Both the position numbers and the translations under genes were made by a program. DNA of 21,542 bases. It comes from Gemmatimonadota bacterium. GTDB taxonomy: Bacteria; Gemmatimonadota; Gemmatimonadetes; Palauibacterales; KS3-K002. Positions within the stretch are counted from its first letter, which is position 1. Each line of letters starts with the position of its first letter. Below are positions 1 to 9,729 of this stretch, piece after piece. The stretch covers positions 1-21,542 of the forward strand of contig JBDHJS010000054.1 in NCBI GenBank assembly GCA_039586795.1, written 5' to 3'. The notes below the pieces were generated by a model. The model was not told the origin of the DNA. It saw only the letters and a program-made list of their open reading frames with translations, and did no database searches.

Positions 1-118
1 CCGTCTCAAGCTCGGTAGTATCTAGTGCATGTCCACGGTTGAGCCGTGGCCTTTCACACAAGACTTGCCAAGCCGCCTGCGCCCCCTTTACGCCCAGTAA
101 TTCCGGACAACGCTCGCG

Positions 119-158
<40 letters not shown>

Positions 159-304
159 CGCTTCCTCTGGAGGTACCGTCAGCAGTCCGGGGTATTAACC
201 CGAACCTGTTCTTCCCTCCTGACAGCGGTTTACACCCCGAGGGGCTTCCTCCCGCACGCGGCGTCGCTGGATCAGGCTTTCGCCCATTGTCCAAAATTCC
301 CCAC

Positions 305-358
305 TGCTGCCTCCCGTAGGAGTCGGGGCCGTGCTGCCTCCCGTAGGAGTCGGGGCCG
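305..358. repeat. Exact 27-bp tandem duplication inside 16S
   Basis: TGCTGCCTCCCGTAGGAGTCGGGGCCG at 305-331 and 332-358. Confidence 0.95.
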
Positions 359-632
359 TGTCTCAGTCCCCGTGTGGCTGATCATCCGCTTAGACCAGCT
401 ACCCGTCATCGCCTTGGTGAGCCGTTACCTCACCAACAAGCTGATAGGCCGCGAGCCCATCTTAGAGCGAGAGCTCCGCTAAAGACGCCCTCATTTGGTG
501 ACCTCAACATGTGAAATGGTCACGTTATGCGGTATTAGCCCGGGTTTCCCCGGGTTATCCCCCTCTCCAAGGCAGGTTGCTCACGTGTTACGCACCCGTC
601 CGCCGGTCTACTCACCTCCCGAAGGAGGTTTT

Positions 633-734
<102 letters not shown>

Positions 735-914
735 GGATCAAACCCTCCACATAAATATTTCTGAAGGGCAGGTTGGTTAACCAACCCTGATCTTGCTCGT
801 CGAACGCCCTACGACTTCTAGAACGTCCGGAATTGTTCGCTTTAGTTCCCTACTATCTGGCGGGAAGCGATACCCGCCAGGGGCCGAACGCACACGTCAC
901 ACACCCACAGCCTT

Positions 915-929
915 CAGTTTTCAAAAAGC
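915..929 (-). promoter_or_regulatory. boxA-like antitermination element in the rRNA leader
   Basis: The minus strand reads GCTTTTTGAAAACTG between the promoter and 16S, resembling the rrn boxA (TCTTTGAAAACT type). Confidence 0.6.
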
Positions 930-979
930 GGCGGCACGCCGAACAGCGACGTACCGCAAGTCTTGTTGTGCAGATGTTT

Positions 980-1007
980 AGTATAGCACAAACCCCTGAA
1001 AGATCAA
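980..1007 (-). promoter_or_regulatory. sigma70-type rRNA promoter
   Basis: Minus strand TTGATC-16 nt-TATACT with an extended -10 TG. A 16-nt spacer is typical of rrn promoters. Confidence 0.7.
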
Positions 1008-1135
1008 GGGTCTTGGAGGGCTGCTATCCGCCTCCACCACACCGTTTTGCACGGCCCACCGCCGGCGCCACTCTCCATCCCACCATCGATGGCGCTCGGG
1101 CCACGTAAACCCCACAATTAAAACGATTTACGAAG

Positions 1136-1210
1136 GGTGAGCGACGGGACTTGAACCCGCGACCTCCAGGGCCACAACCTGGCGCTCTAACCAGCTGAGC
1201 TACGCCCACC
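1136..1210 (-). tRNA. tRNA-His (GUG), G-1 encoded, CCA not encoded
   Basis: Acceptor stem GTGGGCG/CGCTCAC, anticodon arm CCAGG-TTGTGGC-CCTGG, T-loop GGTTCAAGTCC, G-1 and C discriminator. Confidence 0.97.
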
Positions 1211-1294
1211 ACAGCGGTGCCGGATGCCCGCCGGGCGATTCGCGCACCTTTTTGTCTGCCAAACTCTTACGGCTCTATCACTCAGGCCGCGTTC

Positions 1295-1322
1295 AATCTA
1301 CTACGGCCCCCTGCTTCTTCAA
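1295..1322 (-). promoter_or_regulatory. Possible sigma70 promoter for tRNA-His
   Basis: Minus strand TTGAAG-16 nt-TAGATT about 85 nt upstream of the tRNA. Confidence 0.4.
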
Positions 1323-1330
1323 GGTTCACG

Positions 1331-1702
1331 TCAGTCGCAGTTCGGGTTCTCGTTCCCCTGACCCGTGCCCACCTCGAGCTTGCACGTGAGCCCCGAAGCT
1401 TTGTGCTTTACCTGGGCTCTATAGCTCGAATCGGTCACGTCGCTCAGCGTCAGCTCGTAGGTATCGGGCACGCTCCGACTGAAATACTCGCCCTGTAGCT
1501 CGCTCATATTCAAATAGCGGCCACCTAGCGTGTGGGCCGTTGCTTCCGCGCGCCTCACATCGTTGAGGATCGTCTTCATTTCTGTCTGAAACCGCGTTTT
1601 GAGCATCGCGGGCATTCCGGTCTCTTCGTCGGTGCTGCACGCGGCGACCGACAGCAGCGCGATTGCCATGGCCAGGCTTGCCCAATCGTGAGGAGCTTTC
1701 AT
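1331..1702 (-). CDS. Predicted lipoprotein with a pilin-like globular domain
   Basis: ATG 1702 with a GAGG RBS. Lipobox-like LLSVAAC, helix [22 protein letters not shown], and a C-terminal Cys pair (LTCKLEVG...NPNCD). Confidence 0.7.
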   Translation of the reverse strand: MKAPHDWASLAMAIALLSVAACSTDEETGMPAMLKTRFQTEMKTILNDVRRAEATAHTLGGRYLNMSELQGEYFSRSVPDTYELTLSDVTDSSYRAQVKHKASGLTCKLEVGTGQGNENPNCD

Positions 1703-1868
1703 CCGGAACCTCGCCGAAGTGTGAACGGGTAGGGCGACTACCGCATCTTGTCGCTCTGGAAGAGAGGGGTCAAGCATCTCTGCCCTGTCGGCCAATCTTG
1801 CCCTCTTTCGAGCGTGCGGCTAGGATGCGGGCCTGTCGTCCGACTCTATTCGCCTCTGCATAAGATTC

Positions 1869-3191
1869 ATGGCTTTCAACCTCTACCACCCTAGCCAGCG
1901 TACGATTGGCCGAGCGATGACTCTCCTGGTCATCTCTCTGCTGGCGATGCTCTTACGCTTTCTAGGCCCACTCCCCGGTGCCGCCAGCGGTACTATGCTC
2001 CTGGGATTCCTGCTGCTCGCCGCGTTCGTCTCTGGAGAGTTGGCCCGCGACCTGAGGCTCCCGAGGATTACAGGGTATTTGGTGATCGGGATCATTTTCG
2101 GTCCGTGGGTGCTGGGATTGCTTCCCCAAGAGACGGTCCAGGACTTCAAGCTGATCAACGACGTCGCGCTGAGCGTCATAGCGCTGCAAGCTGGAGGAGA
2201 GCTCCGAATCAAGAGCCTCGGCCAGCGCCTGCGGAGCATATTGTCCATAACTGCGCTGCAGATTCTCTTGATCATGGGAGCCGTCGCAGTGGCGGTCTAC
2301 CTCGGTCGCGGTCTCTTCCCCTTCTTGACGGGGCAGCCTCCCGGAACGGTTATCGCTGTGGCGATGATCTTCGGTCTCGTCGCCGTCGCCAAGTCGCCAG
2401 CGACCACAATCGCCGTGATCACCGAGCAGCGTGCACGCGGACCCCTCACGGACACCGTGCTCGGGGTCAGCGTCCTGAAGGACGTGATCATCCTGATCCT
2501 GATCGCGGTGGTCATCTCCATGGCAGCGGTGTTGGTCGAGCCGGGTACCGCTTTCGATGCAAGTCAGTTGCGTCACTTCGGCGTCGCGATCCTCGTCTCG
2601 CTCGCCCTGGGGGGAGCGGTCGGCTGGCTGATCGGCTTCTACTTGGAGCGTATCGGCCGACAACCCATCCTGTTCGTTCTCGCTGCTGCGTTCGGCGTGG
2701 TGGAGTTGACCCATTTCCTCGGATACGATTCGGAGTTTTACATCCTGATCTGCATGGCCGCAGGCTTCGTCGTGCAAAACGCGTCGGTTCAGGGTTCGAG
2801 ATTCGTTGACGCCCTCGAGGCCAACTCGCTGCCCCTTTATGCGATCTTCTTTTCTGTGGCCGGGGCCAATCTGGATCTCAGCGTCATCCCCGGCGTCTGG
2901 ACGGCCGTGATTCTGTTGCTCCTAGCCCGGACGATCTCCATCTATCTGAGTACGTATCTCGGGTCTGCTTCCGCGGGTGACCCCACCGTCATTCGACAGT
3001 TCTCGTGGATGGGCTTCTTGGCCCAGGCGGGCGTTACTCTTGGACTCGCCACCATAGTGGAAGAGAGATTCGATATCTGGGGCGGCTTAGTTGCCGCTAT
3101 CATCGTCGCCATGATCGCCGTCAATCAGCTCGTGGGGCCGCCGCTCTTCCGATATGCGCTGATACGGGCGAAGGAGACGAATCAAAGTTGA
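1869..3191 (+). CDS. Cation:proton antiporter (Na_H_Exchanger/CPA family)
   Basis: About 13 hydrophobic segments, LPRITGYLVIGIIFGP, SPATTIAVI, LKD and QAGVTLGLA motifs. The start may be 1917. Confidence 0.9.
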   Translation: MAFNLYHPSQRTIGRAMTLLVISLLAMLLRFLGPLPGAASGTMLLGFLLLAAFVSGELARDLRLPRITGYLVIGIIFGPWVLGLLPQETVQDFKLINDVALSVIALQAGGELRIKSLGQRLRSILSITALQILLIMGAVAVAVYLGRGLFPFLTGQPPGTVIAVAMIFGLVAVAKSPATTIAVITEQRARGPLTDTVLGVSVLKDVIILILIAVVISMAAVLVEPGTAFDASQLRHFGVAILVSLALGGAVGWLIGFYLERIGRQPILFVLAAAFGVVELTHFLGYDSEFYILICMAAGFVVQNASVQGSRFVDALEANSLPLYAIFFSVAGANLDLSVIPGVWTAVILLLLARTISIYLSTYLGSASAGDPTVIRQFSWMGFLAQAGVTLGLATIVEERFDIWGGLVAAIIVAMIAVNQLVGPPLFRYALIRAKETNQS

Positions 3192-5173
3192 ACGCGTTGA
3201 TGGGCGTATTCGTATTGCTGGCCCTGTCCGCCACTCCTCAATCTCCGAGCGACACTGAAACCCTCAGCCCGTTCGCTGGGTTCGAGACTTTGTTCCTCGA
3301 CAACGACCTCAAGATCTGGTTCAAACATCTCCCCGGCGATCCGAACGTCGCGATCAGCGTTGCCTTGCCCTTTGGGGCTGACATGGATCCGCCGGGTAAG
3401 GAGCAGCTTGCTCATTTCACCGAGCATATGCTGTTCAGCGACCAACCGGGCCTCACCGAGGAGGAGATTCGCAGACAGATCGAAGAACTCGGCGGCGTCT
3501 ACAACGCGTCCGTGACGAGCGACCGCACGTTCTACTACGTGCACATTGGACGGGAGCATGCCGAGTACGCTATCGAATGGCTGGGACGGATTCTCCAGCC
3601 TCACGCGATGGACCCGGATGTCGTCGAGCGGCAGCGCGAACCCGTCGCTCTCGAAGTAGGCGCTCGCCCTCGACAGTTCTTCGACTGGCTTTGGGCCTAC
3701 TACCTATATCCTCCCGCCCTAAGGACTCCCGGTTTCTGGGAGCGCGAATTCGGAATGAAGACGCGAGCATCTCGCGACTACTACCCCTTCGCGAGCCTGA
3801 ACAGCATTGCGCCCGAGGACCTTCGCTGGTTCTACGAGACGTACTACGTTCCATCGCTGATGACGTTGACCGTGATCGGCGACTTGGACCGGCGGGCGGT
3901 GCTAGGTAAGGTTGACGAGGTCTTTGGAACGCTCGAGGCACGTCCCCGCCCCGATGCGCAACAGACACTTTCCGACCCTGGGCGATACTGGCAGCGCATA
4001 TTCTGGGCTTATCGCTCCAACATCTATTACTCGAATCGCTTCAAGTTCTACAATCTCAGCGCGGACGACGAAGTGACCCTGTTGTTCGTCGCTCAATTGC
4101 TGGGCAAACGGCTGAATGACAAGCTGCGCTTTGGCGACCGAAAAGCGACGTACGGGATCTCGGTTGGCGTGGATAAGCGCGGCGGCGGTTCGTATATCCA
4201 CGTCACAGGCGGCATCAAACCGGAAGAATTCGAGTTTGCTCGGGGCGTTGTCGAGGCCGACCTGGCAACCCTGCGAGATGGAACTTTGGACGTCGAGGAG
4301 TTCGCGGCGGACAAAGCCGCCGTCGTCAACCAGCTCCGCGTCACGAACAGCTCCTCCCAAGCCCTGGAACGCTGGGTCCGCATCTACTTCTTCGACCCTC
4401 GCTCACATCACGATTTCCCCGACCTCGTTGGCGTTTTTGAGCGTCTCTCCCTGGACGACGTAGAGGAGTTCCTGCAGGATCGTTTCGTGCCGGAGAGACA
4501 GACTCTGACCGTCATCCGCCCCTTCCCCATCACCCAAGGGCTGTTGGCCCTGTCGATCGTCGCCCTGATCTGGTTGAGCCTCTACGCGGTACGGCGTCGG
4601 CTGGTTCGGCCTATAGATATGACGCGATTGCGCTATGTCGCTCGTTTCAGGATACCCCCGCTTTACCTGCTGGCCTGGTTCGCGTTCTTCACGATCCTGT
4701 CCGCGATTGCAGGGCGGCTGATCTTCTACGTTTTCCAGATCGCTACGGAAAGTTTCTTGGTTACGCTCGACAGCTTCATCCTGCAGTGGTCGGCCTACGC
4801 GATGATGCTCGTCGCGTCCATCATCCTGGTCGTGATGGTCCTTGCCCGTATTCCAAGAAAGCTACTGGTGTTCGATGACGAAATCCGAGTCAAGTACCTC
4901 TCCTATAGATCCAGGTTGATCCGTGGCGACGAGGTTGAGGAGGTGACGTTGCGGCGGTTCCGCGAAGTGTGGCTAACGCCTCGCCTATGGCGCTGTCTGC
5001 CACTTGCGATCGGCCTTTTGACGCCGGCGATCTATATGAAGCAGCGAGGCGGGCGTGCCATCTTCTTCAGGACGCGTGATACCATCCAGTTGTTCGAGGT
5101 ACTTCGCGGTGAGGATCAAGGGTCGCTGGGCGCGACCGGCGGTCAGCCGAGCACCCCGCGGCCCCAAGCTTGA
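3188..5173 (+). CDS. M16 (insulinase-like) zinc metallopeptidase with signal peptide and C-terminal membrane domain
   Basis: Inverted zinc motif HFTEH, NASVTSDRTFYY, YYVPSLMTLTVIGD. The TTG start overlaps the upstream TGA (alternative ATG 3200). Three C-terminal TM segments. Confidence 0.85.
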   Translation: MNALMGVFVLLALSATPQSPSDTETLSPFAGFETLFLDNDLKIWFKHLPGDPNVAISVALPFGADMDPPGKEQLAHFTEHMLFSDQPGLTEEEIRRQIEELGGVYNASVTSDRTFYYVHIGREHAEYAIEWLGRILQPHAMDPDVVERQREPVALEVGARPRQFFDWLWAYYLYPPALRTPGFWEREFGMKTRASRDYYPFASLNSIAPEDLRWFYETYYVPSLMTLTVIGDLDRRAVLGKVDEVFGTLEARPRPDAQQTLSDPGRYWQRIFWAYRSNIYYSNRFKFYNLSADDEVTLLFVAQLLGKRLNDKLRFGDRKATYGISVGVDKRGGGSYIHVTGGIKPEEFEFARGVVEADLATLRDGTLDVEEFAADKAAVVNQLRVTNSSSQALERWVRIYFFDPRSHHDFPDLVGVFERLSLDDVEEFLQDRFVPERQTLTVIRPFPITQGLLALSIVALIWLSLYAVRRRLVRPIDMTRLRYVARFRIPPLYLLAWFAFFTILSAIAGRLIFYVFQIATESFLVTLDSFILQWSAYAMMLVASIILVVMVLARIPRKLLVFDDEIRVKYLSYRSRLIRGDEVEEVTLRRFREVWLTPRLWRCLPLAIGLLTPAIYMKQRGGRAIFFRTRDTIQLFEVLRGEDQGSLGATGGQPSTPRPQA

Positions 5174-5829
5174 ATTGCGCCCACAAGCTCAGCAAGTACT
5201 TCTCCCGGAGACCGGCCCGCTCGTTTTAGCACCTTGAACGAGTGGTCACCGCCCTCGATGATGTGCAGAGTGACCCCTAATCGCTGCACCACAGGTTGAA
5301 GTAACTCCAGGTTGGCGAAGTTATCGCGCGTTCCCTGTAGAAACAGCATCGGCAGATTGACCTTCGCCAGATGGGTGCCTCTTGCGTCTCCCGGCTTACC
5401 GGGTGGGTGGAGCGGGAAACCGAGAAATATGAGGCCCCGCACTCCCGGGAGTGGCTCATGGGAGGCTGCATTGGATGTCATCCGACCGCCCATCGACTTT
5501 CCGCCGGCAAACAGCTCCAGCCCCTCAAACACTCGATTCGCTTCTCGGGTGGCCGATCGAACGGTCGCCTCGAGTAGGTGTTGGGGATCGGGGCGACGCC
5601 GACCCTCCTGCATGTACGGGAACTGGTAGCGAAACGTCGCGATGCCTGATGCGGCAAGACCCAGCGCTATCGATTCCATGAAGGGGTGATCCATACCGGC
5701 GCCTGCCCCGTGAGCCAGTACGAACCCGAACTCCGACTCTGGAGGTCGGGCGACGCAAGCTGCCACCCGCGCCGCCGTATCCTCTACGGCAAACTCGAAG
5801 CGCTCTACGTTTGACCAGTCGGAGCTCAC
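5143..5829 (-). CDS. Alpha/beta hydrolase (KANL3/Tex30-like, dienelactone-hydrolase-like)
   Basis: LAHGAGAGMDHPFM, nucleophile GGKSMGGR, GFPLHPPG, QGTRD, GGDHSF. Confidence 0.9.
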   Translation of the reverse strand: MSSDWSNVERFEFAVEDTAARVAACVARPPESEFGFVLAHGAGAGMDHPFMESIALGLAASGIATFRYQFPYMQEGRRRPDPQHLLEATVRSATREANRVFEGLELFAGGKSMGGRMTSNAASHEPLPGVRGLIFLGFPLHPPGKPGDARGTHLAKVNLPMLFLQGTRDNFANLELLQPVVQRLGVTLHIIEGGDHSFKVLKRAGRSPGEVLAELVGAIQAWGRGVLG

Positions 5830-5832
5830 CGT

Positions 5833-6297
5833 TCAGTCGCCACCCGACATCTTCTGCTTGGCCTCGGGAGTCAACTCCCAAAGGACGTTCACGATGACCC
5901 AGTTCCCTTCGTACTTGGCGATGTGGAGATAGTCGATCCACTCGTGGGCCATGATCTTCACGCTTGCGGCGTTTTCGTAGATGTCCAGGATCGTCACATC
6001 CATCCGGCGATCGGACTCCGGTACCTGCTTTCCATAACCCATCCGCGTAGCGCCGACCAGCTGTTCGGCCGTCATGTCTTGCAGCAGGCTCTCGCCTGTG
6101 GTGGGATTGGTCATGACGATGCGCTTGGCAAGATCCGGATGCAGCGCGCGCTCCATCCGCTCTCCGTCACCGGTATAGTAGCCTTCTATGTAGTCGAGAG
6201 CCGTGGCAACTATCGCGGAAGAGTCTGCAGCCGTTTGCGCCATTGCGACGCAAGGGGTCAGCACCAGTACTGCCGCTAAGATTGCTCGTCTGAGCAT
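5833..6297 (-). CDS. Secreted NTF2-like protein (putative lumazine-binding family)
   Basis: ATG 6297 with an AGGAGG RBS, signal peptide ending AMA-Q, LDYIEGYYTGDGERMERALHPDLAKR, WIDYLHIAK, WVIVNVLW. Confidence 0.85.
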   Translation of the reverse strand: MLRRAILAAVLVLTPCVAMAQTAADSSAIVATALDYIEGYYTGDGERMERALHPDLAKRIVMTNPTTGESLLQDMTAEQLVGATRMGYGKQVPESDRRMDVTILDIYENAASVKIMAHEWIDYLHIAKYEGNWVIVNVLWELTPEAKQKMSGGD

Positions 6298-6573
6298 TGC
6301 TGTTCCTCCTGTAGCATGCCTGGGCGTGAATGCGCCGGCGAGACTGGAGAAGCGTGAGGCCAATGAGTTCATTGGACCTTTCTAGGGCGTGATTCGCCTG
6401 CCGTCAACCGAACCTCAAGTCCAGAACGATAACGGCTCCGATTGTGTTTATGACCGGGCGGTTGCTTCGGTCTTCCCCCGGCCACACAATCTGTCTAGGC
6501 TTTCACGGTCACTACGTCGAACAGCGTTGGGTCGTTTCGCACGACCTGTCGAGTATGAAGAGGGACGAGAACC

Positions 6574-7791
6574 ATGCAGACCCAAAGACTGACATTCCAG
6601 GGCGCTAACGGTGCACGGCTATCTGCCCGGCTGGAGCTTCCGGTGGACGAACGGCCCATCGCCTACGCGCTCTTCGCCCATTGTTTTACCTGTTCAAAGC
6701 AATACAAGGCGGTCGTCAACATTAGTCGCGCTCTGGCGCAGGCCCACATCGGCGTATTGCGGTTCGATTTCACCGGTTTGGGTGAAAGCGAGGGCGATTT
6801 TGCCGACACCACCTTCTCTTCGAACGTCGACGATCTGGTGGCCGCGGCCCAGTACCTCGAACAGAACCATGAGGCCCCAGCCATCCTCGTCGGCCACTCA
6901 CTTGGTGGAGCTGCGGTTCTTCAGGCGGCTGGCCGCATCCCATCCGCCGTAGCCGTCGCGACGATCAACGCGCCCGCCGAACCGCAGCATGTCAAGCGGC
7001 ACCTGAAGAGCTCGATCGAGGAGATCGAGGCGAACGGCGCCGCACAGGTGCTGCTGGCGGGTCGCCCCTTCACGATCAAGAAGGAGTTCCTGGATGACCT
7101 GAACCAGCAGAACATGGAGCGCGTGATCAGCGGTCTAGATCGGGCGCTGCTTGTCTTCCAGTCGCCTGATGACGCGATCGTACTGAGCGAAAACGGTCGC
7201 CGCATCTTCGAGACTGCCCGAGAGCCCAAGAGCTTCATCTCTCTCCCTGGAGCCGACCACCTCTTGACGCGACCGGAAGACTCCGAGTTTGTGGGCGCCA
7301 GTATTTCCGCCTGGGCCGTTCGCTACCTGGGCGCCCAAAAACTGACCCGCGAGGAGCACGCGCCCAAGAGCTTGGTCTTCGTGAAGACCGGTCGCGCGCG
7401 TTATCACACCGAGATCTTCGCCGGCGGACACGCGCTGGTGGCCGATGAGCCTGAGAGCATCGGCGGGACGGACACCGGTCCGACGCCATGGGGCCTGCTG
7501 ATGGCATCGCTCGGCGCCTGTACGACGATCACTCTCCGTATGTACGCCGATCGCAAGCAGTGGCCCCTCGAAGAGATAGGTGTAAAGCTCGAGCATCGGA
7601 AGCCTGAACCGGCTGCTCAGAGTGATACGCCCCCTAAACATGAGATCGTGCAGGACCTCGAGCTCGTCGGGTCACTCGACGATGCGCAGCGCGAGCGACT
7701 GTTCGAAATCGCCCACCGTTGCCCCGTTCACCGAGCGTTGGAGGCCGGGGTGACAATGCCGTTGAACCTGCTGGAGAATAAAGGAGCCTGA
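6574..7791 (+). CDS. Bifunctional alpha/beta hydrolase / OsmC family protein
   Basis: LFAHCFTC, GHSLGG and ADHLL, followed by an OsmC domain (ADEP..GGTDTGPTP, LGACT, CPVHR). Confidence 0.93.
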   Translation: MQTQRLTFQGANGARLSARLELPVDERPIAYALFAHCFTCSKQYKAVVNISRALAQAHIGVLRFDFTGLGESEGDFADTTFSSNVDDLVAAAQYLEQNHEAPAILVGHSLGGAAVLQAAGRIPSAVAVATINAPAEPQHVKRHLKSSIEEIEANGAAQVLLAGRPFTIKKEFLDDLNQQNMERVISGLDRALLVFQSPDDAIVLSENGRRIFETAREPKSFISLPGADHLLTRPEDSEFVGASISAWAVRYLGAQKLTREEHAPKSLVFVKTGRARYHTEIFAGGHALVADEPESIGGTDTGPTPWGLLMASLGACTTITLRMYADRKQWPLEEIGVKLEHRKPEPAAQSDTPPKHEIVQDLELVGSLDDAQRERLFEIAHRCPVHRALEAGVTMPLNLLENKGA

Positions 7792-7792
7792 G

Positions 7793-8269
7793 ATGCCGCG
7801 CGCCTTTCGATCCGCCCTGATGATAGCCATCGCTTCGGCGCTGGGTCTGACGCCGCTGCGGGCTCAGACTCCCGAGGAGCAGGTGAACGCGGTGGTCGAT
7901 CTACTGATGACGAGCATTGGGCGAGCCGACAGTGCGACGGCGGCTTCGCTGTTCCATCCTGATGCTAACCTCGTGATCGTAGACTCACGCGAGGGCCGAA
8001 GGTCCGTGCAAACGTTACCGGCGAGCGACCTCGCGGCATCCGTCGGGCAGTCGGGCGGAGTTTGGGAAGAACGAGTCTGGGACCCTCAGGTTCTATTCGA
8101 CGGAGATCTGGCACTCGTCTGGGCGCCTTACGACTTCCACATCGATGGTCGCTTCAGTCATTGCGGCGTCGACGCTTTCCATCTGGCTCGAGCAGCTGAA
8201 GGCTGGAAGATCATCAGTATCGTCTACACGCGACGTGTTGAGGACTGCGACAGCCCCCCTGGTCAGTAG
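7793..8269 (+). CDS. Secreted NTF2-like protein
   Basis: Signal peptide, WEERVWD, ALVWAPYDFHIDGRFSHCGVDAFHL, WKIISIVYT. Starts 1 nt after the upstream stop. Confidence 0.85.
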   Translation: MPRAFRSALMIAIASALGLTPLRAQTPEEQVNAVVDLLMTSIGRADSATAASLFHPDANLVIVDSREGRRSVQTLPASDLAASVGQSGGVWEERVWDPQVLFDGDLALVWAPYDFHIDGRFSHCGVDAFHLARAAEGWKIISIVYTRRVEDCDSPPGQ

Positions 8270-8282
8270 CGCGAAACGGAAT

Positions 8283-8765
8283 CTAGCCGCCGGCCTCCGC
8301 TGTCTCGGCTGGCGAAATCGTCTCGGCAATATGTGCGGCGACCGCGTCTACATCTCGGTACTTGAGGCCGTGAAGTCCCCAGTTCGGCATCGCCCCCTCG
8401 TGGCCGACGAAGATGCGGTGCCTGAGCCCTTCTATGTCACCGCGGTACGCCCAGTCAGGCGACTCGAACGACGGTACCTCTAGTCCGAATTCCATCGCGA
8501 CTTCACCGTTACCGCCGCCCCTGCTCCCGTGACATTTCCCACAGCTGCTCCGGTATACGAGAGCGCCACGCTCGAGTCGCGCCGCGTCGCTTTCCCAAGA
8601 TACTGTGTCAAACACTGCTACATCGTAGAGCGCCTCAGCCATCGCCAGGGAATCTGCCTTCGCCTGGGCTTTCAACGCCGCGTCGTCCTCTTCAGACCCA
8701 CCTCCGCACGCGGTGAGTCCGGCAACAACCATAATCGGTAGCGCCAGAATAACTCTGCAACGCAT
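8283..8765 (-). CDS. Monoheme cytochrome c lipoprotein
   Basis: Lipobox LTAC, heme motif CGKCH, distal Met in GAMPNW. Confidence 0.88.
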   Translation of the reverse strand: MRCRVILALPIMVVAGLTACGGGSEEDDAALKAQAKADSLAMAEALYDVAVFDTVSWESDAARLERGALVYRSSCGKCHGSRGGGNGEVAMEFGLEVPSFESPDWAYRGDIEGLRHRIFVGHEGAMPNWGLHGLKYRDVDAVAAHIAETISPAETAEAGG

Positions 8766-8884
8766 CTCTCTTCCCCCTATTTCTCGAGACTTCTTGGCTG
8801 GATGCTATAACAGTGATCAATCCGATCCACGCCGTGCAAGGGGTGGCAAGCTCGATGGGATCGACCGGCAGCTAGCCAACGAAG

Positions 8885-9727
8885 CTAGTCCGCGGGTTGC
8901 CTACCCTGTCCTACACCAAGCTGACTGTTCTTCAGCCCAAGCGCGGCGCCCAGCAGTTGCGCTACGTAGACAATCGAAATGGAGGGAGCTCCGTAAGTGT
9001 TTGCCATCCGCTCCACGCTCCTCTCCAGATTGAACTGGCAAGCCGGACAAATCGTCGCGATGACTTCCGCTCCAAGATCTTGGGCTTCATGGATGAGCGC
9101 TTCTACCGCTTGCGGCGGACACTGATATCGCTCCATCAGGTGAACACCTCCACAGCAATGCGTCTGACCCGGATGGTTGATCACCTCAGCGCCCAGCGAC
9201 GACAGCAGTCGCTCCAGCGGGCCCATGTCGGATTCGTCGTTGACGGTTGGGACCGCGTACTGACAGCCGTAGTAGGGCGCCACCCGCAGACCATTGAGCG
9301 GCTTGACCACGCGCCCGGCAATCGCTTGCTCGCCTACGTCCTCCACAAGGACTTCCAGCGCGTGTTTGACCTCTTGCGTCCCTTTGTACTTGAGACCCGC
9401 ACCTGCCAGAGCGGCACAGACCTGGGTGCGAACATCCGGGAAGCTGCCCATGTGGTGCTTTGTCTTGTTCAGTACTCGATGGCAAGCGGCGCACGGTGTC
9501 ATCAGTTTCTCGTCGCCCGATCGCTCGGCTACGGCGAGGTTGCGGGCCACCATCGCCAGGCTTTGAGGATCTCCCTGTGAACTGTAGCCGCTCGCGCCAC
9601 AGCAGTTCCAATCTTCCAGCTCTTCTAGCTCTATACCCAGTGCGTGGCTCACCTCCAGCAACGATGTCTCGCAGCTGCCTCCACGGTCCTTAATTGCACA
9701 GCCAGGGAAATACCTGTATTTGCTCAT
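8885..9727 (-). CDS. hdrB: Heterodisulfide reductase subunit B-like protein (two CCG domains)
   Basis: YFPGC...WNCCG...PCAAC and YYGC...HCCGG...ICPACQFNL. ATG 9727 lies 2 nt after the MarR stop and has a GAGG RBS. Confidence 0.9.
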   Translation of the reverse strand: MSKYRYFPGCAIKDRGGSCETSLLEVSHALGIELEELEDWNCCGASGYSSQGDPQSLAMVARNLAVAERSGDEKLMTPCAACHRVLNKTKHHMGSFPDVRTQVCAALAGAGLKYKGTQEVKHALEVLVEDVGEQAIAGRVVKPLNGLRVAPYYGCQYAVPTVNDESDMGPLERLLSSLGAEVINHPGQTHCCGGVHLMERYQCPPQAVEALIHEAQDLGAEVIATICPACQFNLERSVERMANTYGAPSISIVYVAQLLGAALGLKNSQLGVGQGRQPAD

Positions 9728-9729
9728 TA

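Noticed and set aside
771..786. Perfect 16-bp palindrome GGTTGGTTAACCAACC
   Set aside because: It lies in the pre-16S leader, where hairpins are expected. It shares only the TTAACC core with the marR palindrome.
1024..1136. tRNA-His 3' end as an integration site
   Set aside because: There is no integrase and no duplicated tRNA 3' end, and the rRNA promoter follows directly.
5143..5173. 31-bp convergent overlap of the peptidase and hydrolase genes
   Set aside because: Short tail-to-tail overlaps are common in GC-rich genomes.
8885..9727. HdrB as evidence of methanogenesis or a complete Hdr/sHdr pathway
   Set aside because: The host is bacterial and no other hdr, mcr, dsr or lipoate-binding genes are in the window.
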